This document shows, in pieces, positions 37,983 to 47,212 of a DNA stretch of 64,000 nt; position 1 is the first letter of the stretch; every line of letters starts with the position of its first letter. The notes under the pieces are model-generated. The model saw nothing but the letters and a program-made list of their open reading frames with translations. It ran no database searches and was not told the DNA's origin. The translations under genes were made by a program, and so were the position numbers. Origin of the DNA: Phycisphaerales bacterium (GTDB taxonomy: Bacteria; Planctomycetota; Phycisphaerae; Phycisphaerales; UBA1924); contig JADLFE010000014.1 of NCBI GenBank assembly GCA_020845755.1, forward strand, positions 4,181-68,180. Reading direction: 5' to 3'.

Positions 37983-39470
37983 ATGCTCGTCCGTTCGCTG
38001 CGATTCGCCCTGGCACTCCTTGTCATGTCGCTCCTGTCGCCCCTGGCGATCGCCCAGGACCGCGAACTCTGGTATCGGATGCTGATGCAAGATGCCCCGG
38101 TCGGCTGGGTTCACACGACCGAGAAGTCGGCCGATGGAAAGATCACCACGATGACCAGGACCAAGATGTCGATCAAGCGTGGCGCGATCGCGATCGGCAT
38201 CGAGATGACCAGCGAGTTCGTAGAGACCCTGGACGGCACGCCGGTTTCCGCCAGCGCCGTCACGAAAATGGGCGCGATCCCGAGCACGACCAGCGTGATC
38301 TTCGACGCCGAGAAGAAGGTTATGCGGGTGACGAGCGTGCAGGGCGGAGTGGAATCCAAGAGCGAAAAGCCCATGCCCACGGGCTGGCTAACTCCCGCGG
38401 CGGCTAACCGCTACATGAAGAAGCAACTCGCCGCTGGAGAGAAGGCCATCGAGTATTCCACGATGGATCTGACGAACTCGGTCGCGGTCTTCCATCTCAA
38501 CCATAAGGTGGGCGAGATGGAAAATGTGCGTGTGAAGGGCAAGGAAGTGCAGGCGCTGCGGATCGATGTCACGAACAGCATCATGCCGGGCATCGTGACA
38601 GTTGAGCACATCGACGCCGACCTGACGCCGCTGCGCACGCTGGCGAAGATGGGAGCCATTCCCGTCGTGACCGAACTCGCCGATGCGAGCGTCGAGAACG
38701 AAAAGTCTGACAAGACTCCCGAGTTGATGGTCTCGACCTTTGTGGTCCCCGACAAGCCGATCGAGAACGCGCGCAAGGCCGCCAAGGCAACCTATCTCCT
38801 ATCGATGCCCGCCGGCGAGACTCTCACGATTCCCTCGGCCGGCCCGCAGAACGCGACAAGCATCGACGCACAGAGCACACGCGTCGTGGTCGACCAGCGG
38901 AACCCGGCCCCGATGGAGTACACGCCCGATGAACGGGAGAAGTTCCTCGCGTCCACCGCCGCCGTGAATCTGAAGGACGAAGAAATCCAGAAACTGTCGG
39001 CCCAGGCACTCAAGGACGGCGCGGGCTCGACCTCCGATCGCGCCGAGGCCTGCCGCCGATACGTGTATCGATTCATCAACGCCAAAAGCCTCGACACCGC
39101 GTTCGCGACGGCGTCCGAAGTCGCCCGCAATCGCGCCGGCGATTGCAGCGAGCACGGCGTGCTGCTCACCGCGCTCCTCCGCGCCGCGGGGATTCCCGCC
39201 AGGGGCGTGGTGGGTGTGATCTACGCAGACTCATTCGCCGGCCGCGAGAATATTTTCGGCTACCACATGTGGGCTCAGGCACTCCTCACGATCGACGGCA
39301 AGGAGCGCTGGGTCGACTTCGACGGCACGCTCCCGCCGCAGTTCCCCCGCGACGCGACCCACATCGCGCTCGGCTACACCGATTTCAGCGACGAGGGTTC
39401 GCTGGCATCGATGTCCGGCGTCGCGGCGGCCATGGGCCAACTCCAGATCAAGGTCGAATCGGTGGAGTAA
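37983..39470 (+). CDS. Secreted transglutaminase-like (Cys protease fold) protein
   Basis: Track ORF 37146..39470(+). Its first 279 codons are antisense to tatD. Start moved to ATG 37983, preceded by GGGAGG. Signal peptide MLVRSLRFALALLVMSLLSPLAIAQ. Core motifs GDCSEHGVLLTALLRAAGIPAR, GYHMWAQ and WVDFD form a Cys-His-Asp triad. Confidence 0.75.
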   Translation: MLVRSLRFALALLVMSLLSPLAIAQDRELWYRMLMQDAPVGWVHTTEKSADGKITTMTRTKMSIKRGAIAIGIEMTSEFVETLDGTPVSASAVTKMGAIPSTTSVIFDAEKKVMRVTSVQGGVESKSEKPMPTGWLTPAAANRYMKKQLAAGEKAIEYSTMDLTNSVAVFHLNHKVGEMENVRVKGKEVQALRIDVTNSIMPGIVTVEHIDADLTPLRTLAKMGAIPVVTELADASVENEKSDKTPELMVSTFVVPDKPIENARKAAKATYLLSMPAGETLTIPSAGPQNATSIDAQSTRVVVDQRNPAPMEYTPDEREKFLASTAAVNLKDEEIQKLSAQALKDGAGSTSDRAEACRRYVYRFINAKSLDTAFATASEVARNRAGDCSEHGVLLTALLRAAGIPARGVVGVIYADSFAGRENIFGYHMWAQALLTIDGKERWVDFDGTLPPQFPRDATHIALGYTDFSDEGSLASMSGVAAAMGQLQIKVESVE

Positions 39471-39482
39471 ACTACGCGCGCC

Positions 39483-40394
39483 ATGCCAACGCGCGACCCC
39501 AGACTGGTTTCCCTCCCGCCGCTCCCCCCACGCCCGCGCGACGGGCACAAGGGCACGTTCGGAACTGTCCTGATCGTGGGCGGATCGAGCGATGAATCGA
39601 CGCGGATGGTCGGCGCACCGGCGCTTGCGGGCATGGGCGCGCTCCGGGCAGGCTGCGGCCTGTGCAAACTCATGATGCCCGCGACGATTCTCAACGCCGC
39701 GCTCTCCTCGCTCACCTCCGCCAGCGGGCTGCCGCTCCCGGTTGACGAACAGGATCGGGTGATTCCCTACGAAGCGGTAGCCGCGTTCGACCTGGCGGCG
39801 GAGGACGCGACCAGCATCGTTGTCGGCCCGGGGCTCGGCTCGTCCGACGCGGCGCGGGCGCTGGTGCTTCGAGCCGTGCAGCGGGACAATCCGCCGCTGG
39901 TCATCGATGCTGACGCACTCAACATACTTGCATCGATCCCCGAACTCTTCCGCGACTTCCACGCCGCGGCGATCCTGACGCCCCATCCCGGCGAATACCG
40001 CCGATTGGCGAGTGCATTCCGCATTACGCACGACCCCGTGAACGAGGAATCCCGCTCTCTTGCCGCCGAAGCACTCGCGCAAAAAATCGGCGCCGTCGTC
40101 GTGCTCAAGGGCGCCCGCACCGTCGTCAGCGACGGCCAACGCACGTGGGTCTGCCCCGCGGGCGATCCCTGCATGGCCACCGGCGGAAGCGGCGACGTGC
40201 TCGCGGGCGTCACGGCGGGGCTGATCGCGCAGCACTTCCGCCAAGGACACGATCTGTTTGAATGCGCCCGCGCCGCGGTCGCGGCCCACGCCCTCGCGGG
40301 CGAGCGCTGGGCCGCCACAAACGCCACCGCCGGGATGCTCGCCTCCGAACTGGCGGACCTCATCCCGGCGGGGTTGGACACGCTGCGATGCTGA
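39483..40394 (+). CDS. nnrD: ADP-dependent NAD(P)H-hydrate dehydratase (YjeF C-terminal domain only)
   Basis: 303 aa. Contains HKGTFGTVLIVGGS, GPGLG, DADAL, TPHPGE and ATGGSGDVLAG. Confidence 0.88.
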   Translation: MPTRDPRLVSLPPLPPRPRDGHKGTFGTVLIVGGSSDESTRMVGAPALAGMGALRAGCGLCKLMMPATILNAALSSLTSASGLPLPVDEQDRVIPYEAVAAFDLAAEDATSIVVGPGLGSSDAARALVLRAVQRDNPPLVIDADALNILASIPELFRDFHAAAILTPHPGEYRRLASAFRITHDPVNEESRSLAAEALAQKIGAVVVLKGARTVVSDGQRTWVCPAGDPCMATGGSGDVLAGVTAGLIAQHFRQGHDLFECARAAVAAHALAGERWAATNATAGMLASELADLIPAGLDTLRC

Positions 40395-40395
40395 A

Positions 40396-41016
40396 CTAGT
40401 AATCTTCGTCGAGTTTGCGCGGCGCGACCGTCGATACAAACCGGACCACCGGAGCCTCCAGCGACCCGCCGATGTTCGCGTCCTGCACATCATTGGGCTT
40501 GACCGTCAGATCGATTGTCGCCTCCAGAAGCCGCGGGCCGACATCGTATGTGAGCGTGAATCGAACATCGTCGAGGTTTGTGAGCAGCGGCACCTCCTGG
40601 CGATCCGACTCCACCTCGTTCTCGTAGTCCGTCTGGATGTACCACAACTCATACGGACCGCGATTCGGGTCGTCCGAATCGCGACGCTCCACGCGGACGA
40701 TCCGCTGAAACAGGTTCTCCTCGTCGTTGATCGCGACGAACTCGATGTAGTTGCTGTGCACCGGGTTGAGCGACGCATCGAGCGGATCGGCCGGATACGG
40801 CCCAAAGTCCGTGCCCGTCCTCACCATCGTCATGATTCGAGTCATGACGATGCGCGAGACCACGTGCGTCGACGCTCCCTCGGTGGTGTGCTTGTATCCC
40901 TTGAACGCCGCGTCGAGCGCCACGAGCGTTGCCGTAAACAGCGTCGCCGTGATCGTCAGCGCGATCAGCATCTCCACCAGGCTGAACGCCCGGCGGACGT
41001 GGGAAGAGTTCCTCAC
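40396..41016 (-). CDS. Pseudopilin (prepilin-type N-terminal cleavage/methylation motif)
   Basis: 206 aa. GTG 41014-16 overlaps the stop of the giant upstream gene (GTGA). N-terminus RRA/FSLVEMLIALTITATLF with Glu at +5. Confidence 0.7.
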   Translation of the reverse strand: MRNSSHVRRAFSLVEMLIALTITATLFTATLVALDAAFKGYKHTTEGASTHVVSRIVMTRIMTMVRTGTDFGPYPADPLDASLNPVHSNYIEFVAINDEENLFQRIVRVERRDSDDPNRGPYELWYIQTDYENEVESDRQEVPLLTNLDDVRFTLTYDVGPRLLEATIDLTVKPNDVQDANIGGSLEAPVVRFVSTVAPRKLDEDY

Positions 41017-43892
41017 GGGTGGCCCTCCCGGTAACTGGACGGGATCGACACCACGCTCATGGGAAGCAGGATGCCGTCCGGCAGTTTCATCGTTGTGTTC
41101 ATGCGCACGGTGATATGCCCGTACCCATAGAAGGGCACGGTTGTCGCGCCGGCGGCGCGCTGGGCGTCGGTGGGTGATTCGTCGGGCCCAAGATCCGCCA
41201 GCCCGTCCCCGTCCAGGTCCCAGCCCACGATCTTCTCGCCGTCAACGATCGGGAGGTCGTTGGGATCGAGCGACTCCTCGTCGCCGTCGTCGGGTCCGAA
41301 GTATCCCAGCGTGGTGTTGAAGTTCGCGGGGTTGCCCGCGGGATTGCCGAGCGCGTCGATGAGCGGCGCCTGCCCGTACACCGGGGCAAAGGTCATGAGG
41401 AGCACACCGTCGATGTCGGCGTTTCCGCGCACGTCCATGACGCCGGCGATGATTGCACCGCGCAGTTTCACGTCCTGCGACGTCGGTGAGTTGAAGGTGC
41501 CGATGTCGACCGAGTACTGCGGGAGCATCATTGAACTCTCGGCGATCGCGTCCTTGTCCTCCTCCTGGGGATTGAGATCGGCATCCTCGGGATGATCAGG
41601 ATGCGTCTCGGTGAAGCGTGTAGCGCCCGTAAACTGCAGTTTGTTGCGCGACTGGGTGTAGTTCGTGGGCTGGTCGCTCACGATCGACCCTACGAACAGG
41701 CAGTCGTGGAAGCGGATGTTGTTGGAGAACGCTTTCGTATCCGTCACACGCTTGCCGCTGATGATGAGCGGGTCAGGCAGCGAGTCGTACCCCGCGCCGC
41801 CCGATTGGTTGGCCGGAATGTCCGCCTTGTCCAGCGGGGGATTCGCCATCAGGATCATCTGGTTCGGCGGCTTGGCCGTCGACGGGAGCATCGTCGGATA
41901 ACTCGTTTCGCTGCCCGTATCGCCGTAGATGGAACGAGGCGGGTAGGGCCCCGGACGCCCCGTGGTGGCGTCTATCTGCATCTTGCCGTATTCCGACCAG
42001 AGACGGTGCGTGTTGGTCGTGTAACTTTCAACACGCGTCACTCCCACGAACGTGCAGTTCTTGAACAGGCCGTTGTTCCCCTTGGGGATGACGGCGTCCT
42101 TGAACGTCATGTTTTCATACACGGGGCGGTAGTAATAGTCCGAATAGGCCGGGCTGTTGAAGGGCATTTTCTCGTAGTAGGCGGTCGACCAGTTGTCCGG
42201 GCGGCTGTCGTTGTCGTTGTCCGCGTCGAGACGAAGGTACCGCGGCTGGGAACTCCCCGCGTCGTTCGTCTCCACGTAGGTCGCCAGCGCACCTTCGGAC
42301 ACGCCGAGGTTCGACGCGACCTGCGCCGCGAAGGATTGCCCGTTGGCCGCGTCGTGCAACGCCTCCGTCGCCTCCGCGAAACTCGAGGGAGAAAGATCCG
42401 GGAGCGTGGTATCGTTTGCCTGGTATGTCTGTGGCGCCTGGCCCGCGCCGGGGCGGATCGGGCCCCGCAGTTTGGGATCGTTCGCGCCCTGCGCCGTGGT
42501 CCACGCGCTCTCGCTGGTCTTGAACACAAGGCGTCCGCGCACCTTCGCGTACGCGTCCTTCTTGTCGATCACGCCGTCGCGATAGCCCAGGACCTGGTCC
42601 CGGTAGACCTCGTGCTGAGCGTCATAGTCGTACATGGCCTCGCCGGCGTCCCACCTCCCGTTGCGGTTTTCGTCGTTGAAGCCCGAGACCCCGTTCTTGT
42701 TCCGATCCGGCAGCGCCGAATCGAGGAGGTAGGCCAGCGCATCGTCGCCGGTAAACTCCGGCGACTGGCCGTCGTAGGGCGTGCCATCGGTGAGCGCCGT
42801 CGACAGCACCACCTTGCCGTTGCCGTCCCGGTCAAAGTGATTGATGAAGATGTCAAACTCGTCCACGTACCCATCGCCCGTCACGTCGACGAACGCGCCG
42901 TCGGGATCGCCGTCGTCGTCATAGTCTTCCGTGTTCGACGGGACGCCCGCGCCTTCGATGGGGTGCCCGGAGCGGAGGCGATTGTCGCCGTCGATGTCGT
43001 GCTCCTGCAGGCCCGCGAAGAACGCCGCAAGTTTCTGATCCAGCACCGGGTCCAGGCCCGCAAAGTCCGAGCGGAGCACCAGCGGATCACCATCCGTCCG
43101 GGTGACGTCCGTGAAGCGTGCGCCGAGGTCGCCGACGATGTTCACGTTCTTGCCGATCATCACGCGGCTGGGCGCCACCACCGCCTGATCCACCTTCTTG
43201 GCCAGGCGGTAGTCCTTCATGATCGTCCGGCTGATCGCCGCGGCAGTCGATCCATCGCGGAAGTCGAAGCCCGTCACGATGATGCGCACGTCCGTTCCGT
43301 TCGCCAGCGGGGCGTACACCACCGAAAACGCCGGCGGCGGCGTGCCATTCTCCGCCATCGCCTCCAGCGCGACCGGCGGCGTGAAGAGCCAGCCGTCCTC
43401 GGCGTAGTCGCTTGCGTCCTCGAGCGCCGGAGCCCCCGCGATGATCGGCGCGTCAACGCCCAGTCCCGTCACGATGTTCAGGTCCGCTGCATGAGCGTTC
43501 GCCAACGCTTCCGCGATGCCCGATGGGTCCGAGCCCTCGGCGTATCCGCTCGGAGCGGGGAGCACGATGTACTCGCCCGTGCCGGAAAGATCTCCGTTCC
43601 AGATCTGACGCCCGTACGCGGCATCAACGTTGCTGTGGGAGACAACGAATCTCGCGGCCGCCTCCGCAAGCCGCTTCGCCGCCACCTGCATCCCAGTCTC
43701 CGCCGCGCTCTGCGCTCGGCTTACGTGCAGGTGCGTCGCGGCGGTGCGGATGTTGCCGCGGCTGGCGATCGCCATCGCCGTCGCCAGCGAACCGAACATC
43801 ACCAAGAACATCATCGAGAGCACCGACGCCACACCGCGCTCCCCACTGGAACGCCGACGCGGCCGCGCCCTCCGACCAGAATGTTCGCTCAC
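41013..43892 (-). CDS. Giant GspK/PilX-like minor pseudopilin with EF-hand-like loops and putative beta-helix region
   Basis: Track ORF 41013..43898(-) starts at a TTG. GTG 43890-92 has GAAGGAG 7 nt upstream, giving 959 aa. N-terminus ERGVASVLSMMFLVMFGSLATAMAIAS lacks Glu5, as in GspK/PilX. Acidic loops: DIDGDNRL, DDDGDPDG, DRDGNGKV, DENRNGRWDAGE, DLDGDGLADL. Antisense ORF 41592..44714(+) was rejected. Confidence 0.65.
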   Translation of the reverse strand: MSEHSGRRARPRRRSSGERGVASVLSMMFLVMFGSLATAMAIASRGNIRTAATHLHVSRAQSAAETGMQVAAKRLAEAAARFVVSHSNVDAAYGRQIWNGDLSGTGEYIVLPAPSGYAEGSDPSGIAEALANAHAADLNIVTGLGVDAPIIAGAPALEDASDYAEDGWLFTPPVALEAMAENGTPPPAFSVVYAPLANGTDVRIIVTGFDFRDGSTAAAISRTIMKDYRLAKKVDQAVVAPSRVMIGKNVNIVGDLGARFTDVTRTDGDPLVLRSDFAGLDPVLDQKLAAFFAGLQEHDIDGDNRLRSGHPIEGAGVPSNTEDYDDDGDPDGAFVDVTGDGYVDEFDIFINHFDRDGNGKVVLSTALTDGTPYDGQSPEFTGDDALAYLLDSALPDRNKNGVSGFNDENRNGRWDAGEAMYDYDAQHEVYRDQVLGYRDGVIDKKDAYAKVRGRLVFKTSESAWTTAQGANDPKLRGPIRPGAGQAPQTYQANDTTLPDLSPSSFAEATEALHDAANGQSFAAQVASNLGVSEGALATYVETNDAGSSQPRYLRLDADNDNDSRPDNWSTAYYEKMPFNSPAYSDYYYRPVYENMTFKDAVIPKGNNGLFKNCTFVGVTRVESYTTNTHRLWSEYGKMQIDATTGRPGPYPPRSIYGDTGSETSYPTMLPSTAKPPNQMILMANPPLDKADIPANQSGGAGYDSLPDPLIISGKRVTDTKAFSNNIRFHDCLFVGSIVSDQPTNYTQSRNKLQFTGATRFTETHPDHPEDADLNPQEEDKDAIAESSMMLPQYSVDIGTFNSPTSQDVKLRGAIIAGVMDVRGNADIDGVLLMTFAPVYGQAPLIDALGNPAGNPANFNTTLGYFGPDDGDEESLDPNDLPIVDGEKIVGWDLDGDGLADLGPDESPTDAQRAAGATTVPFYGYGHITVRMNTTMKLPDGILLPMSVVSIPSSYREGHP

Positions 43893-43955
43893 AATCAAGC
43901 TCCTTCACCCCGGTCCACGATCCCGAACATCAAGGGCCGCCCTCCAACGAGGGAA

Positions 43956-44621
43956 CTACGGCACGATCCATGTCACCCGCGCCAACTCCACCGGCTGGAC
44001 GTCGTTGGCACCCTGGAACTCCACCACGACCGTCACGCGGAGCGGGTACTGATCGACCCTACGCCCCGGGAAATCACCGCTCGCATTCTCCTTGAACGCG
44101 TGCTCACGCACCGTCGCGTAGTTGAACGGATCGAGCTTGTCGACATACACCGTCTGCGACCAGCCCGCCATCGGGATCGCGTTTCCATCTTCGTCGCGCA
44201 TCGGGTTGCCGTCCGCGTCCACCGAGGGCACCAAATCGCCCTTGGCGTCGATCGGTCCGTCGAACTCGCCGTCCCCGCCGAACTTCAGGCCGTCGAGGTC
44301 GTCGATGTCATCAAAGTCAGCCGGCGTCACCTCGCCGCCCTCCGCGCCCCATCCGCGGAGAACGTCGCCCTGCGGCGTGCTCTCGACGTAGAGCCCCGTC
44401 ACCGGATCATGGCGAGGCAAGCGCCGCGTCAACTCCCGGATCTCCCCGGCGAGCAGCGTCGCCGTCGCGGCCTGACTCGACCACGTGTTGTTCTTCACAA
44501 ACGCGTTCTGCGCCTCAACGAATGCCAGAACGCCGACCCCGATAATCACCAGCGCCATGCTCGTTTCGAGCAGCGTGAAGCCCCGCCTCGCGCCAAACCG
44601 CTTGCTGAACCCACGCGTCAT
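43956..44621 (-). CDS. Pseudopilin (prepilin-type N-terminal cleavage/methylation motif)
   Basis: Track ORF 43956..44639(-). ATG 44619-21 has GGGAGGAG 8 nt upstream. N-terminus MTRGFSKRFGARRG/FTLLETSMALVIIGVGVLAF. Acidic stretch DFDDIDDLDGLKFGGDGEFDG...DADGNPMRDEDGN. Confidence 0.75.
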   Translation of the reverse strand: MTRGFSKRFGARRGFTLLETSMALVIIGVGVLAFVEAQNAFVKNNTWSSQAATATLLAGEIRELTRRLPRHDPVTGLYVESTPQGDVLRGWGAEGGEVTPADFDDIDDLDGLKFGGDGEFDGPIDAKGDLVPSVDADGNPMRDEDGNAIPMAGWSQTVYVDKLDPFNYATVREHAFKENASGDFPGRRVDQYPLRVTVVVEFQGANDVQPVELARVTWIVP

Positions 44622-44706
44622 GTGCCTGGCTCCTCCCACCGGTTCGCGGACCTGCCGCGCCCGGATACTCCAGCACCCGGCGAGCGCCGAGCCCGGGGAG
44701 CATCGG

Positions 44707-45930
44707 CTACTTGACCACCTGGCTCATCTTGAAGATCGGGAGAATGATCGCCATAGCGATGAAGCCGACGACTGTGCCCATTACGAGGATCATGATGGGC
44801 TCGATCATGCTGGTAACCGCCTTGATGTTCTCTTTGAGCGTCTTGGAGTAGAAGACCGAGATCTCGTCGAGCACCTCTCCCAGCTTACCGGACTCCTCAC
44901 CAGCGGCGATCATCTGCGCCACCGCCCGCGGGAGCAGCGTGTCCTTCTGCAACGCCGCCGTGATCTTCTTGCCCTGCTTGACGCTCGTGTAGATCCGACG
45001 CCACAAACCCCGGAACAACTGGTTGCCCGAGATGTCGCCGGTGATCGCCAGCGTGTCCAGCATCGGCACGCCCGCGTTGATCAACTGGCCCATCGTCTGC
45101 AGCGAACGGCTGATATACAGCGAGCGGAACATCGCCTTCATGATCGGGATCGACAACTTCAACCGGTCGACCCAGAAACTCCCCAGTTCCGTCCGTGTGA
45201 ACGCGTACACGCCACCGCCCAGCACCACGACACCACCCAGGATGAAGTACCAGTACGCAACCATGGTCTTCGAGAGCGTCATCAGGAACTTCGTCGCCCA
45301 CGGCAGGATGTCCTCCTTGCCCTGGAAGACCGCGTAGAACTTGGGCAGCACGAACGTCAGCAGGAACACGGTGACGCACACCGCCAGACACCCGATGATC
45401 GCGGGATAGATCGCCGCGCCGATCACCATCTTCTTGGTCTCGAGCTGCTGCCCGATGTACGCCGCGATCCGGTCCAGCATCTTCGCGAAGGAGCCCGACA
45501 TCTCCGAGGCACGGACCATGTTGATGTACAGGGGGTTGAACAGTTTGGGGTGCTTGGCGATCGCCTCGGAGAACTGTTTGCCGCCCTCGACATCGTTCTT
45601 GAGTTGCTGGATCACCTTCTGGAAGCCGCGGTGCTGGGTCTGCTCCGCGATCCCGTCGAGCGCCGCGCGGAGGTTGATGCCGGCGCGGATCATGACCGCC
45701 AACTGCGTGGTGAAGTCGAGGACGTGCCGCTGATTCGGCTTTCCGGCGTTGAGGTCGCGGAGTTTCTCCATGAGCCCGCCGCCGCCATCGCCGCCGGCGA
45801 TTGCCGAGAGCGACATGACGTGCAGCCCCTGGGCGCGCAGCGCCGCCGCCGCTCCCGACGCGCTGTCCGCCGAGAGCGAGCCGCTCTGAACCTGCCCCGC
45901 CGAATTCCGGACTTGATAGCGATAGTTCAT
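44707..45930 (-). CDS. Type II secretion / type IV pilus platform protein (GspF/PilC family)
   Basis: 407 aa. Two T2SSF repeats (FTTQLAVMIRAGINLRAALDGIAEQ and LQTMGQLINAGVPMLDTLAITGD), 3 TM helices, and C-terminal LPIFKMSQVV. Confidence 0.88.
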   Translation of the reverse strand: MNYRYQVRNSAGQVQSGSLSADSASGAAAALRAQGLHVMSLSAIAGGDGGGGLMEKLRDLNAGKPNQRHVLDFTTQLAVMIRAGINLRAALDGIAEQTQHRGFQKVIQQLKNDVEGGKQFSEAIAKHPKLFNPLYINMVRASEMSGSFAKMLDRIAAYIGQQLETKKMVIGAAIYPAIIGCLAVCVTVFLLTFVLPKFYAVFQGKEDILPWATKFLMTLSKTMVAYWYFILGGVVVLGGGVYAFTRTELGSFWVDRLKLSIPIMKAMFRSLYISRSLQTMGQLINAGVPMLDTLAITGDISGNQLFRGLWRRIYTSVKQGKKITAALQKDTLLPRAVAQMIAAGEESGKLGEVLDEISVFYSKTLKENIKAVTSMIEPIMILVMGTVVGFIAMAIILPIFKMSQVVK

Positions 45931-45997
45931 GGTCGTTCCTGACTTGCGCCGTCGCTCGTCACCCCGTCACATCGTCACATCCACAAACCACGCACCG

Positions 45998-47053
45998 CTA
46001 GGCCGCCAACTGACGCTCCAGTTTGTCTGGGTAGGCCGACTGGGCGATCGCGTCTTCCTTGCTGATCATGCCGTTGAAGTACAGCTCCGCGATGGCGCTG
46101 TCGAGCGAGCACATGCCGATCGCTCGGTTCGTCTCGATCACGTTCGGGATCTCGAAGGTGCGTGCCTCGCGGATCAGGTTGCGAACCGCGGGCGTGCACA
46201 ACAGCACCTCGACCGCCGGCACCATGCCCGGGCGATCGATGCGGCTGAACAGCGTCTGGCTGACCACGCCCTGCAGCGTGTTCGCCAGCATCGAGCGGAT
46301 CTGGTTTTGCTGGCCGGCCGGGTACATATCGATGATTCGTTCCACCGTCTGCGAGGCGTTCACGGTGTGCAGGGTCGAGAGGACCAGGTGACCGGTCTCG
46401 GCCGCCGAGATCGCGAGCGCGGTCGTTTCCAGGTCTCGCATTTCGCCGACCAGGATGATGTCGGGGTCCTGACGCAGCGCGTGCTTCAGGCCCGACGCAA
46501 AGCTCGGCATGTCCTGCCCGAGTTCTCGCTGCTCGATCACGCACTGCTCGCTCTGGAAGGTGTATTCCACCGGGTCCTCGAGCGTGATGATGTGCTTTTT
46601 GTACCGCTGGTTCATCGCCTGGATCATCGCGGCCAGGGTCGTCGACTTGCCCGAGCCCGTGTCGCCGGTCACCAGGACCAGCCCGCGCGGCAGGTACGTC
46701 ATCCGCGCGATCACCTCGGGCAGGTTGAGCGCCGCCAGCGGCGGGACCTTTGTCTTGATGATTCGCATCGCCAGCCCGATTACGCCACGCTGCATGTGCG
46801 CGTTCACGCGGTAGCGGGCAAAGTTCGGCACGGCGTACGAAAAGTCCGCGTCCTTGCACCGCTCGAACGTCGTCTGGCTCTCCGCCGACGCCATCTGCTG
46901 GAAAAACTCCCGGGCCTTGTCCGACGTGAGCACCGGAAGATCCATCGGCGTCATCACCTGGTGGCATCGCACCGTGGGCACCTGCCCCGCGATCAGGTGA
47001 ATGTCCGACGAGTCCATCTCCTGGGCCTTCTTGAGAATGCTGTGCAGGTCCAC
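45998..47053 (-). CDS. pilT: PilT-family (retraction-type) secretion ATPase
   Basis: Track ORF 45998..47209(-). Start moved to GTG 47051-53 (VDLHSILKKAQEMDSSDIHL), with GGGAGG 6 nt upstream, giving 352 aa. Contains Walker A GDTGSGKSTT, ILVGEMRD, GHLVLSTLHT and AVRNLIRE. There is no GspE/PilB N-domain or tetracysteine motif. Confidence 0.88.
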   Translation of the reverse strand: MDLHSILKKAQEMDSSDIHLIAGQVPTVRCHQVMTPMDLPVLTSDKAREFFQQMASAESQTTFERCKDADFSYAVPNFARYRVNAHMQRGVIGLAMRIIKTKVPPLAALNLPEVIARMTYLPRGLVLVTGDTGSGKSTTLAAMIQAMNQRYKKHIITLEDPVEYTFQSEQCVIEQRELGQDMPSFASGLKHALRQDPDIILVGEMRDLETTALAISAAETGHLVLSTLHTVNASQTVERIIDMYPAGQQNQIRSMLANTLQGVVSQTLFSRIDRPGMVPAVEVLLCTPAVRNLIREARTFEIPNVIETNRAIGMCSLDSAIAELYFNGMISKEDAIAQSAYPDKLERQLAA

Positions 47054-47212
47054 CCGGGCCTCCCGTGCCGGCGTTGCAACAGGCGCAAACGCGCCGAGCC
47101 GGCTCGCCTCAGCATCGGCCCGAGTGCGCTCGTAGTTCACCGTGCCCGGCCGCAGCACACTAACGTCGCCGCGCAATCTCGGGCGCAACGCCCGGCGCAG
47201 ACCGCACAACCC

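Noticed and set aside
39231-40493. 420-aa minus-strand ORF
   Set aside because: It is antisense to nnrD (GGSGDVLAG in the plus frame). R/G-rich.
41592-44714. 1040-aa plus-strand ORF, the longest in this region
   Set aside because: Extremely R/V/H-rich (RRRRR runs) and spans three minus-strand genes that each have pilin-type N-termini and Shine-Dalgarno sites. Antisense artefact.
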